The notes beneath the pieces are model-generated. The model saw nothing but the letters and a program-made list of their open reading frames with translations, did no database searches and was not told where the DNA came from. Of a stretch of 64,000 nucleotides of DNA, positions 23,608 to 35,093 are shown in pieces (the stretch's first letter is position 1; each line of letters starts with the position of its first letter). Source of the stretch: Macrostomum lignano (Eukaryota). Both the position numbers and the translations under genes were made by a program. The stretch is taken from positions 1 through 64,000 of the forward strand of contig NIVC01001890.1 in assembly GCA_002269645.1 (NCBI GenBank), given 5' to 3'.

Positions 23608-25638
23608 TCTGTGAAAGATTAAGTCGAGTATATGATTTTGGTGATAAAATAAAATTGATTTATGAGTATTACTATATAAATAAAACATTTAAAAGCCCTT
23701 ACCTTTACCAATTCATGTACAGAAAGTAAGTGTAAATACAACCAATTGCCTTGGTAGTTTAGTTATATGCTCGTATCAGATGCAGGCAGACAGCATAGGC
23801 TGCCAAGGTGCTATAAGTTAAGGTTAACTTTCACTATTTGGCTTTACAGACTGCTTTTATCGCTGCATGCATTGACTTAGCCTTAGCTTGTGCCATCATA
23901 CTCATACAGCTATATATACATATGTATCTCTGCCACTCCCCACTTTTGCAACCTTACACTGTACAATCATGCCTAAAACACTCCGTGTCAAGTGTACTGT
24001 TCTAGTGCCACATGGGGTACAAATACGATAAGGAATGACAAGAGTCAAAACCATACATGCACAATAGTTGGCCGATATGGACGACTGATTTGGCGGCCAA
24101 CCAAGGTAAGTTGCAAAAATGCCCACCCAAATAAATACCAAAGTAGTATTAAGTAGCTGACGAAGCATTTTGCCTTAATAAAGACAGTCATAGTTACTCC
24201 TGCCGTTTACCCAAAGTTGCGTTAATTTTGCTTTCAGGTTTTTTCATGTAAGTCGCATTTTTGGCCGAAAACTACGTCGCATTTTTGTTAAAACTAAGTC
24301 GCACGGCCGACCAAATTTTGGAGGTTGCGCATGTATGATCCAGAAGCACTTGAAAATGACGAATCAAAATGTTGCACATGTTGTCGAAATTAAACTGTTG
24401 CTATGCTTTTGAATTTAAAAGAATATAACAAACACAAAATAGTTTAAAGCATATTTGTTAGTTAATTTTTTTACTTGAATATAAAAACAAATAACAAAAA
24501 ACGTATTTGAAATTAGACAGTTTTTTAAAAGCTTTGTATAATACGAAATGTAAAATTTGAATTGCGTAAACCTTGTATTTTCGAGAAAATTCTTTCATAC
24601 GTTGTTTGTTAACTCTAAGTCTAAGTTCGTTAAAGTTAAAGTGACTGAAAAATGCAGATAGGACATATGGTAGTCTAAGATATTGTTGTCAAATCGTTTG
24701 AATTCGGTAAATGTTTAAATTTAGTGCATAATTTATATCTCTTCCTTCATACATGAACACGATTTGAATTAAACCCATTGTGACTTTTGTGAGATGATGA
24801 GATGAGACTAGGCGGCCTATGATTTACTTTGTATTTGTTCTTGTATAAACAGTTAAAGACTGTAAAGTTTTTTAGCCATATAGGGTAGGCCTATGCCTAA
24901 TGGAAATGAGTGGGAACTAAGAATGGCTCCATTCCATGATCCTCCATCAATAGCATAATTTGATTATAAAATGTGATAGTACTAAATGTGATTGTAAAGT
25001 TATCACATTTACTTTCAGTTTAAAGTGTAATAACTTTCAATGATATTGTTTGACAATGACAATGTTGAAAATGACATTGGCAAGGACAATGAATGTGTAA
25101 TGTCAATGTACATTATATAGTGCCTAGAAATTTCTATGACAAGATATTCGGGTGACAATCTTTTAGATAAGCCCTAACAATGACATGTTTCACATTTTTG
25201 CAATCCTGAATCCTTTGGTTTCCCACTCTGAATTATCTGAATAGACTTTTATTGCATACAAAAATAAGAGTATACAAAAAATAATTTATAAACTATGACC
25301 TATATAATATTAAAGGTTTACAAAGTTTCAAAATTTAAAAAATGATTAAAAAAAAACAGTTTAATTTTTTACTAAAGCATCAGGAACTATTTTTTAAACT
25401 ATTTTTGTTTAACTTTAACTTTTAACTTTCTAGAAAAATGAAACAATTTTTTTATTTAGTTTTCTATTATTAAGTAGAAAGGATTAAAAACTATTCTTTT
25501 TTTATCAAAATTTAGCTGGAATTTTCGATGAAAAAGGCCACCTTCCTGACTGTGGTATATAAAGAGACTTTAGGGTCTGGATTGTATAGTAGTATATGCC
25601 AGAACAAGAATCCTAGCTCATCTAAATGTATGCCAGTG

Positions 25639-26193
25639 CCACAGCCAGGAAGACGGTAGAATCCTCGGAATTTTCCGGCGCAAATCAGCAATTTGCCGGC
25701 GCACGGCGCACACTTCACTGCGCCGCGCGCATGGGCTCGGCGCATCGGCGCATGGCTCGGTGCATCGGTGCATGGCTCGGCGCATGGCGCACAAGGTACG
25801 TCAGTGTACGTGACAATATAATAATGATATTGTATATTAAATGTCAATCAATCAATAAAATAAACGATAGTCGATACGATAGTCGTTATTTCCAATGTTG
25901 TTTCTATTTCAAATTTCATTAATTGACTTAACAAACTTAACAAATTTGCGCCTTTCGCGGCTTTTGTTGCGTCTTTTTGCTTATATTTTGCAAATAGAAG
26001 CTATGATTGAACTGCTTGAACTTCCATTGGTATTGATTCAATTTAGATACTTAATACTTGATGGTGCTTTTTTAAGTGTATTTTTCTCAGCGCATGGCGC
26101 ACAAGTAATTTTTTTTTCTCGGCGCACGCGGCGCACAACAAAAATTTTGATGGATGTTATTCCGGCGCACACGCTGCACCTTCCTGACCATGG
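25639..26193. mobile_element. 555-bp hAT-type MITE with perfect 8-bp TSD
   Basis: TSD TGCCAGTG at 25631-25638 and 26194-26201. Imperfect TIR CCACAGCCAGGAAG / CTTCCTGACCATGG. Clustered GGCGCA subterminal repeats at both ends. Confidence 0.85.
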
Positions 26194-28723
26194 TGCCAGT
26201 GTACATCAACAAGGGGATACATGACTAAGACTGCCACACACAAAGACTACTACAAGCTACTAATCTTCTAGCATTGTTATTCCTCTCATAGGTTCTTTTC
26301 TTGCAGCCTTGTCCTGCTGGCTCTCCTACTTACTCATCTTCTCTCTAGCACCATCTAATAGCACATTGAGTCAAATTTCTCCCTTAGCTCCCCCAAGTGT
26401 GGCAGTCTCGGTGTGTGACAATCTTAGTCCTACACCAAAAAGGGGTAACAATTCTCCTACTATGTATGCCAAAATTTCTTCTAAAAAGGTCATTCGGGTC
26501 AAAAAAGCATTTTAAAAAAGTTAAACTCATTTTGAAATAGTTCTTGGAATTTTTTAATATAAATTATGTAATTTATGTTAAAATTTTCATGCACAAGTCA
26601 CATAGCATAAGTTTGTAGGCCAAAATTTATACACCAAAAATGGCAAGACTTTGTTTGTATGCCAAAAATGGCAAGACTTTGTTTATATGCCAAAAGTGGT
26701 AAGACTTTGTTTGTACACCAAAATTTATACACCGACTTTGAAAGGGGTCATTTGTATGCCGGAAATTCTTGTGTACATGTAACCTTCCAGAGTCTGGCAG
26801 AGATTGCCAAACTGAACTTAAGAATTTTTTACATTAACTATATACATTAATTGGGACTTAGAACTTTAGTCCTATTTGTTGTCTTGGCAATCTCTATACA
26901 CTAAGCTATGTACCAAGAGATATGCTCTTCTATATGCCAATTTGTATACCAATGGTGTTTTTACTAATAGATCCCTCTATATACCAGAAAATTCTGGCAT
27001 ACATATATACCATTTAGATTCTAGATATGGTGTTATTAATTGAATTATTAGGCCTAGTAACTATATAAATGGCCATTTCTTTATTCATTTAATTAATGTT
27101 AAACAAATAGTTATTTTGTTGTTTGTTTACTTAAATTAATAATACTAATTGATTACAGGCATTTTACTTATGTCTTAATTGATTTTAATATCTTACTATA
27201 TTAGTGTAAGGTGTCTGCAACCTAGAAAAAAACTTAAAAAACCTTAAAACAAAAATAACCTGAGATCGGTGAATAAACCTAGATTTGAGGTCATAGAATG
27301 ACAAAGTTTAAGCCAATTGTTTAAGTTATATTTAGACAAATTTCTAACAAATTTTATTTCAACAATTTTCAAATAAAAATCTTACTTTTAGCATTATTTT
27401 TTAATGAAAAACTATTTAATATTAACTTATTAGCTTACTTTTTGTGTTTTGAACAATTTGAACTTATTAAAAAACAATTAATAATCAATAAGTAAGTAAA
27501 TAAGTAAGTAAGTAAGTAAGTAAATTAATAAATAAGAATAAGTCTATATTCTTATTAGCCATATTAGCCATCTGTCTAGCACCCTTATTGTAACCAATGG
27601 CCATTAAGGACATAGCTATAGGGTCACTATGGATATGTCCCCCTTAGAGCTGAAATTTTTTACTGCTTTTATATTTTGCTTCTATCTCTAACATCAGAGA
27701 TATTGATGCCTCTGTCCCCCCATTGATGTAGATCCTGGCTATGTGCCTAATGGCTATTATTGTAGACAGTTCTAATGCAGATTAGCCCCTGGCAATGTAG
27801 ATGCAGTCTGGCATATGAAAAAGAGAATCTAGCATAATTTAGACCTTGGCTTCAATATGATCTAACACATATATTATATTGTACTATATATTATTTAGAT
27901 ATCTCTGTATCTTGATATTTGGTTGTTACATAAATTGTCAATAATTAAAGTTATAAAATTTCTGTTCTTTTTTATAATTTCATGTCTTGTAATGCATTTT
28001 ATTCATTCATTATGTTTTATGTTCATTTTGCCCAAAAAGTTTTTTTGCATGTTTTCTATATAATTATTTATACTTAACTAATATTTGTCCTAAGTATGTT
28101 TTTGCTTTTTTCTCTATTATCTATATAAAAGTAAGTCTTGCAATATTACCAGCTTAGCCAAAACCTGTTTCTATTATAGGATAATATTATTAGCATAGTC
28201 AAACTAAAAGTTTTGTAAAATAAAATGGGTCAAAAGGCAAATATCAAAACCTAATAAGAAAAGGTTTGAAAAAGAAATAAATAAATAAAGAACTTAATAT
28301 TTATAAAAAACTAAAGCATCTAGAAACAACAAAATTTTTAAAGTAAGAAAGACTTACATGATATATAAAGCACTTTTTAAACAAATTTTATAAAACAGTC
28401 ATAAAACAACTATTTATTAATGTATATCAATATAACTTATATTTTCAAACATTTGATTTCTCTTATATAGAAATTAATTTGCATATTTTGATAGTCTATG
28501 TGCATGGGAATTTGATAAAGTAAGCCATTTAATGTTTAACAACTTTAAGATACTTGATATACACACATATATGCATAGAAATATGATCTAAAATCTGTAG
28601 AAATAGCCCCAGTTGGATTGTAAGGCTATATATTGTATTAATGTATTATATAATAGAACCTAATTTATACTGATTAAAACAATTTCAGAGAGAGAAATAA
28701 AAGACAGCATCGAAAGAAAAGTC

Positions 28724-29119
28724 ATGGACGATATTCTAGCAAAGCTTGGTTTAAATATTGATGAATTAAACACACTGCGCATTATCGAACCAGAAGTGTC
28801 AACTGAGTCTACTGATCTCAAAGACAAATGTGGCCAGTTTACCATCACTGTTGAAGACTTTCAACGCTTAGTGTCCAACCTGCTACAGGCTGTGGATGTT
28901 GCTGCTACTGAAGTTGAAAAAGAGAAAATGATACGCATTGGTGCGCTGAACCAATTGAAATGCGTGAGCACCCAGCGTCAGGAGCAGGTGCAGCAGTTGC
29001 AGGCTCAGATATTGGAGAAGCAGGCTAGCTTAGATCGGCTGCAGAAACAGCTTCGCTCGTTGGAGGCTACGGCTAAGGAGCAGAACGATTTTATTGATCA
29101 TTTTCAAATGCAGAAATGA
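28724..29119 (+). CDS. IFT20: Intraflagellar transport protein 20, single coding exon, 131 aa
   Basis: GLNIDELNTLRIIEPEV, LKDKCGQF, VEKEKMIRIGALNQLK, LQAQILEK...LDRL, EQNDFIDHF match IFT20. Confidence 0.95.
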   Translation: MDDILAKLGLNIDELNTLRIIEPEVSTESTDLKDKCGQFTITVEDFQRLVSNLLQAVDVAATEVEKEKMIRIGALNQLKCVSTQRQEQVQQLQAQILEKQASLDRLQKQLRSLEATAKEQNDFIDHFQMQK

Positions 29120-30411
29120 TTTTCTGCAACTGTTGACTACTTGTTTTTATACTACTAACAGCGTTAGTAGCGTCTTTTGAGCATAAATTTTTAACTATTT
29201 CTGTTTTGAAACTTCGTTGTTCTCCGTCCAAGTTTTTTGTGATTCGATTCAACATTTCCTACTGAACAAAAATACACTTGCAAAATAATCTAAACTAATA
29301 TTGACTACTATTTAGTATTTATTTTTCTCTTTTAGACTGTGTTAGATAGATGCATAGATTATGGTTAAGACTATTATAAAATTAAAATAAACTTAAAATT
29401 TTCGATAATTATGACGTCTTAAGTTTTGCAAAGATTTTAAGTTTTTATAACTCCCAAATTGTTTTAATAATCTATACATAGTATTTATTAGTTTATTAAT
29501 TCTCATTCTATTTTTAGGTTTCTTTATTTTATTAATAATTTATGCAACAAACTTGAAATGCGACTGCCAACTGATGACTCAACTGTTGTCTAATTTATTT
29601 GGCCTGCGAAGCAGAGTGCTTCCTCGGTCGTGAAACGACAAACTCTAATGTCTGGCCTTTTCACTATTTATAGTAGTATGTATGTAGTAAAAAATAAAAA
29701 AACTTTCTCTATTTGATTTGCATTTCATTGCATTGCAGTCGGCGGTTGCGGCGGAACGAGGTGCTTGCAAATTTGGATGAATCTGGGTGAATGTTTGTAT
29801 TTGTAATTAATATAATACGTATGAAATTTTTAGTATTCGTAAACATTCACATTCCTCATCAGTTATTCTATCTCAGGTGCTCTGTGTGTTGGAAATGGTC
29901 TGCTCAGAAATTATATAATTGTAGGTTATCAGCTGGGCTTAGACGAGACAAAAGCTCCAATCAGGTGGGTTTTCCTGTAAATCAGTCTTTTGTAGCCTTT
30001 GAAGAGAGGCAATTTTGTTCTTAATTTGAATTACACATGGTGGCTTATGCCTGCCTACTCAACCTAATAAATATGCTATCTAAGAGCAGCGGTGTGCTGC
30101 CTTTTTTTCAATGGAGACGACTCGCGTCTCTTACAGTGTGTTTTCATTTTTCCCAAACGTTTTTTTATTTAGAAATAGTTAGGCTGTTGTCTATAGTTGT
30201 TTGACATCATATTTGACATCATCCTACCCACCCTTTCCTTTGTCGTTACTTTTGTCTCGTCAAAAGTTGCAATCTGCAAAACCGGTCGATTGGAGCCGGG
30301 CCTAAGCTGCGTCATCTCTGAGGAGACGGTTGATCAACTGTCAGGTTATTTTCCACGAAATGTTTAGTAGAACAAAAAAACAAAACATTCTTTTAAATGA
30401 AGCCTGGACGT

Positions 30412-31757
30412 TAGTGCTGGCGCCCCTTTGATGCTGGCGCCCCTTGGTGCTGGCGCCTCTTGGTGCTGGCGCCACTTGGTGCTGGCGCCACTTGGTGCTG
30501 GCGCCTCTTGGTGCTGGCGCCCCTTGGTGCTGGCGCCTCTTGGTGCTGGCGCCACTTGGTGCTGGCGCCTCTTGGTGCTGGCGCCTCTTGGTGCTGGCGC
30601 CCCTTTGATGCTGGCGCCTCTTGGTGCTGGCGCCCCTTTGATGCTGGCGCCCCTTGGTGCTGGCGCCCCTTGGTGCTGGCGCCTCTTGGTGCTGGCGCCC
30701 CTTGGTGCTGGCGCCTCTTGGTGCTGGCGCCTCTTGGTGCTGGCGCCCCTTGGTGCTGGCGCCTCTTGGTGCTGGCGCCCCTTGGTGCTGGCGCCTCTTG
30801 GTGCTGGCGCCCCTTGGTGCTGGCGCCACTTGGTGCTGGCGCCTCTTGGTGCTGGCGCCTCTTGGTGCTGGCGCCCCTTTGATGCTGGCGCCCCTTGGTG
30901 CTGGCGCCCCTTGGTGCTGGCGCCTCTTGGTGCTGGCGCCCCTTGGTGCTGGCGCCTCTTGGTGCTGGCGCCCCTTTGATGCTGGCGCCCCTTGGTGCTG
31001 GCGCCCCTTGGTGCTGGCGCCTCTTGGTGCTGGCGCCCCTTGGTGCTGGCGCCTCTTGGTGCTGGCGCCCCTTTGATGCTGGCGCCCCTTGGTGCTGGCG
31101 CCCCTTGGTGCTGGCGCCCCTTGGTGCTGGCGCCCCTTTGATGCTGGCGCCCCTTGGTGCTGGCGCCCCTTGGTGCTGGCGCCTCTTGGTGCTGGCGCCC
31201 CTTGGTGCTGGCGCCTCTTGGTGCTGGCGCCTCTTGGTGCTGGCGCCCCTTGGTGCTGGCGCCTCTTGGTGCTGGCGCCCCTTGGTGCTGGCGCCTCTTG
31301 GTGCTGGCGCCACTTGGTGCTGGCGCCTCTTGGTGCTGGCGCCCCTTTGATGCTGGCGCCCCTTTGATGCTGGCGCCCCTTGGTGCTGGCGCCCCTTGGT
31401 GCTGGCGCCTCTTGGTGCTGGCGCCCCTTGGTGCTGGCGCCACTTGGTGCTGGCGCCTCTTGGTGCTGGCGCCCCTTTGATGCTGGCGCCCCTTGGTGCT
31501 GGCGCCCCTTGGTGCTGGCGCCCCTTGGTGCTGGCGCCCCTTGGTGCTGGCGCCACTTGGTGCTGGCGCCTCTTGGTGCTGGCGCCTCTTGGTGCTGGCG
31601 CCCCTTTGATGCTGGCGCCCCTTGGTGCTGGCGCCCCTTGGTGCTGGCGCCCCTTGGTGCTGGCGCCTCTTGGTGCTGGCGCCCCTTGGTGCTGGCGCCC
31701 CTTGGTGCTGGCGCCTCTTTGTGCTGGCGCCTCTTGGTGCTGGCGCCTCTTGGTGCT
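30412..31757. repeat. GC-rich 16-bp minisatellite GGTGCTGGCGCC(T/C)CTT (~84 copies)
   Basis: Direct tandem copies with a TTTGATGC variant; generates all the GAPAPRGASTK ORFs. Confidence 0.97.
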
Positions 31758-32267
31758 GAGGCAACTTTAGTCCTATTCATCTTGAAAAAATATCGTTTAG
31801 GCTTCATTTCTTAGAATGCTTTTTTGTTAATCTACTACCACGAAATTGTTATTATTTATTTGTTTCTATTTTGTAGAGAAATCGCCTCTACCTCACCTGT
31901 GTCTGTTGCTCATCGAGTTATTTATTAAACGAAGCGACAGGTTTGAAAATGTTTTTAATATATTGAAAACAAAATTATTCTGCAATAATTATTCAATGAT
32001 TGACAACTAGGATAGTTATAGTTTAGTTAGGATATTTTAGATTGTTTATTTACAATTTTTTTCTCAATTTTACCCGCGCCACCCCGAAACAGCTGCTCAT
32101 ATTTTTGCAGACAGCTAACTGGTTGCAATGCTGTTGGATCGTTAATTCGAAATTCGTTTCGTCGAAAAATTCGGGCCACGTGACAAAACCAATAATTATG
32201 ACTTTTATTTAGAAAACTGTTTCGCTTCTAACACACACACCCTCGTTTTTTTAATTCCATATTTCAG

Positions 32268-32771
32268 ATGTCGCTCTCTTCAGACTCGATGAAGGCTGGC
32301 AAGTTTGCCTACAAGACCTGCGACTTAGGCTGTCACGATGTGTGCGACCTGCTATTAACCTCCATGACTAAATTGCAGAAATTTGACAAACCAATCCGTG
32401 GCCGATTTCGTCCGCAAATGCGACGCGAGGCCAGGCCGTTTCTGGACCGCATGCTGGTTAATAATTGCCTCCGGCGGCTGTGCGACATCATGACTAAGGA
32501 GGCTGGATTAGCCGATGAAGATGTCAGTAGGAAGCGTCCTGTTGAGGAGGCCCAGTCTCGCAGTGACACTTATGAAAGCGAATGCTCAATTGAAACTAAG
32601 AAGATTTGCCTGTCTAATGACAAAAATAATCATACTGATAACAGTAACCATGGTAACAGCAAATTTCAGCATCGACGCTTAAACTCCCTAGTATTGGTGA
32701 CTGAGAATTACCAGCCGGTCCGACTGACCCAGCATCTTCGCCATCGTCTTTGGAGGAGAAGAAGAACATGA
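32268..32771 (+). CDS. Small protein with CxxGCHDxC + IER/SERTA-like motif (paralog A)
   Basis: 167-aa ORF with ATG directly after a TTTCAG acceptor; 22/55 ungapped identities to ORF 34746-35093; upstream CACGTG and CCAAT boxes (~32177-32194). C-terminal frame uncertain. Confidence 0.6.
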   Translation: MSLSSDSMKAGKFAYKTCDLGCHDVCDLLLTSMTKLQKFDKPIRGRFRPQMRREARPFLDRMLVNNCLRRLCDIMTKEAGLADEDVSRKRPVEEAQSRSDTYESECSIETKKICLSNDKNNHTDNSNHGNSKFQHRRLNSLVLVTENYQPVRLTQHLRHRLWRRRRT

Positions 32772-33037
32772 AGAAGAGAGCCGGTGGCAACAACAAATTG
32801 GGAAGAACTCGACGTAGGCGGCTTCAACGATTGCGTCAGCGTCTGCGCCAGCGTCAACTGAGGGAGCTGGTTGGCGGGAGGGAAATCTGACTAATGTAAA
32901 CAATTGCCCTATTTTAATGACGATGTGTTAATAGTTGGGTGTCTGCACATTTCTTTTGTCTTTGAGTATAACCATTGGCTTGTAAATCTTGATTTTATGC
33001 ATCATACGATATTTGGCTTTTAATTGATCATTTAACC

Positions 33038-33557
33038 CAGGGGTCGGCAAACTCTCTATCCGACACTCGGGGGTCCTTTGAAACTTCATAATAGCAATCC
33101 GTTCAAGGTTTGTCTCTTCTCAGCTCTCTTCTCAATTTCATCTCCTCTCCCCTCTCCCCTGGTCCTCGAGGTAAAAAAGTTTGCCTTTTTTATTAGAGGC
33201 AGGGGGTTGTGTGCACCCTGGCGCAATTTAAGCGACATAGGCACACAACCGGCGAGAGGCATTACTGCCCATTCCGCCGACTCCCCTGAGCAGGCACACA
33301 AGCGCGCGGATACGTACGCAGGCACACACTCACACAGGAGTGTACAGCGGCCCTAACTTTATCAATTATTAGGCATGTACACTTCACTGCGCCTTGGGCG
33401 GTTGGCTCTCAAGGCCGTTAATTGCACGAGCAGAGCCAAGCCGAGATTCCAATTCAGCCCCAAATTAATGTGACTGCACTTGGAATCGAGCCTGGGTCGC
33501 TGGCACACCAGAGCCTGCGCTACCGCTGGGCTACGGCCCCCCTTTTGCCGACCCCTA
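33038..33557. mobile_element. hAT-Charlie-like MITE
   Basis: TIR CAGGGGTCGGCAAACT (33038-33053) / TTTGCCGACCCCTA (33544-33557). Degenerate 8-bp TSD ATTTAACC / AGCTAACC (6/8). Confidence 0.7.
33361..33541 (-). mobile_element. tRNA-derived SINE (~180 bp) inserted just inside the MITE TIR
   Basis: Minus strand GGGGGCCGTAGCCCAGCGGTAGCG (A box) ... GGCTCGATTCC (B box), AT-rich tail; flanked by a short AAAG duplication (33357-33360 / 33542-33545). Confidence 0.65.
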
Positions 33558-33829
33558 AGCTAACCCAATGTGTCAGCTTGTGTTTGGTTATGCAAATCAT
33601 GCTTTCAATATAATTCTTATTGTATTTTAAAGTTTTCTGCTAACTACAGCATTAACTTGTAGTAGTTTAACTGTCAAATTTTTTGTATTGGATTGTAATC
33701 AATATTCATAAATAAAAAATGCGCTGTAAAAAGATTTTGTCTGTATGAATTTTAACATTTGCTGTTGAGTTTTAATTTTTTTTTATTTTTTACATTACAG
33801 ATCAATATTTAGTCCTAGTAGCATAAAAC

Positions 33830-34585
33830 GGAGGTCAAGGAGTCAGTTTTAAGAGGGAGGTCAAGGAGTCAGTTTTAAGAGGGAGGTCAAGGGGTCAGTT
33901 TTAAGGGGGGTCAATGGTTCAGTTCTAAGAGGTATTAGGTGGTCAGTTCTAAGAAGGAGTTCAAAGGGCCAGTTTTACAAAGGTGTGAATGGAGTCAGTT
34001 CTAAGAAAGCCGAGGGGTCAATGGAGTCAGTTCTAAGAGGGCCGAGGGGTCAATGGAGTCAGTTCTAAGAGGGCCGAGGGGTCAATGGATTCAGTTCTAA
34101 GAGGGGTCAATGGAGTCAGTTCTAAGAGGGCCGAGGGGTCAATGGAGTCAGTTCTGAGAGGGGTCAATGGAGTCAGTTCTAAGAGGGCCGAGGGGTCAAT
34201 GGAGTCAGTTCTAAGAGGGGTCAATGGAGTCAGTTCTGAGAGGGGTCAATGGGGTCAGTTCTGAGAGGGGTCAATGGAGTCAGTTCTGAGAGGAGTCAAT
34301 GGAGTCATTTCTGAGAGGGGTCAATGGAGTCAGTTCTGAGAGGGGTCAATGGAGTCAGTTCTAAGAGGGGTCAATGGAGTCAGTTCTGAGAGGGGTCAAT
34401 GGAGTCAGTTCTGAGAGGGGTCAATGGGGTTAGTTCTAAGAGGGGTCAATGGAGTCAGTTCTGAGAGGGGTCAATGGAGTCAGTTCTGAGAGGGGTCAAT
34501 GGAGTCAGTTCTGAGAGGAGTCAATGGAGTCAGTTCTGAGAGGGGTTAATGGAGTCAGTTCTGAGAGGGGTCAATGGAGTCAGCC
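33830..34585. repeat. 25-bp minisatellite GGGGTCAATGGAGTCAGTTCT(G/A)AGA
   Basis: Direct tandem copies, degenerate at the left end. Confidence 0.95.
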
Positions 34586-34745
34586 TTTCGAATGGTAAAG
34601 AAGGCCAGAACATTTATGTTGTTTGTAATTTACAGTATTAGATTATTAGATATTTGTGTTTTATGTGAATAAACTATTATTAAATACATATACACAAAAT
34701 ATTTTCCAAAAATAAATGCATGATCACATTAATTAAAAGTTCAAC

Positions 34746-35093
34746 ATGGACTCTTCATCCGTTAAAAATGGTGCGTCTGCTTCTAGTAAGAGTGGTGACC
34801 CAGCCACCAGCCTAGTGAGCAATAGTCTATGGCCAAACTGCCCCAACGGCTGTCACGACGCCTGTTCCCTAGCCGCCCTATCGGTGCACAAAGCCCAAAT
34901 TGCTGGCGTGTCTCTGCCTGGTAGATTTCGAATCACTATGCGCCGGGTGCACGGTTCTCTGCATCAGCAGTTGCTGTTAAATCGCTCCGTACGCTGGCTT
35001 TGTCAGCGTCTGTTGTTGAGCGAATCGTCTGAAGACTCGACCTCGTCTCATCAGGAGTCTAACGATTGCGGATCTACTTCGTCTGGTTGTTGA
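34746..35093 (+). CDS. Small protein with CxxGCHDxC + IER/SERTA-like motif (paralog B)
   Basis: 115-aa ORF; DACSLAALSVHKAQ...GSLHQQLLLNRSVRWL resembles the IER-family N-terminal motif; ungapped similarity to ORF 32268-32771. Confidence 0.6.
   Translation: MDSSSVKNGASASSKSGDPATSLVSNSLWPNCPNGCHDACSLAALSVHKAQIAGVSLPGRFRITMRRVHGSLHQQLLLNRSVRWLCQRLLLSESSEDSTSSHQESNDCGSTSSGC

Larger units (their letters stand above)
15388..24397 (-). mobile_element. ~9 kb hAT-superfamily DNA transposon (ZNF862/KIAA1586-like clade), degenerate, with a nested insertion
   Basis: Imperfect inverted ends: CAGATAATTTCGACATAATGTTGCAACATTT (15388-) vs reverse complement of 24368-24397; CATACATGCGCAAC (15471) vs GTTGCGCATGTATG (24324). 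Subterminal TAAGTCGCA motifs at both ends; transposase gene inside. No clean 8-bp TSD, so boundaries are approximate. Confidence 0.65.

Noticed and set aside
25586-27010. Larger TIR element around the 555-bp MITE (TATGCCAGAA / TTCTGGCATA, many TAT(G/A)CCAA motifs)
   Set aside because: The inverted match is only ~10 bp and no TSD could be defined; suggestive but not supportable.
33470-33541. Functional tRNA gene on the minus strand
   Set aside because: No proper cloverleaf; better explained as a SINE head.
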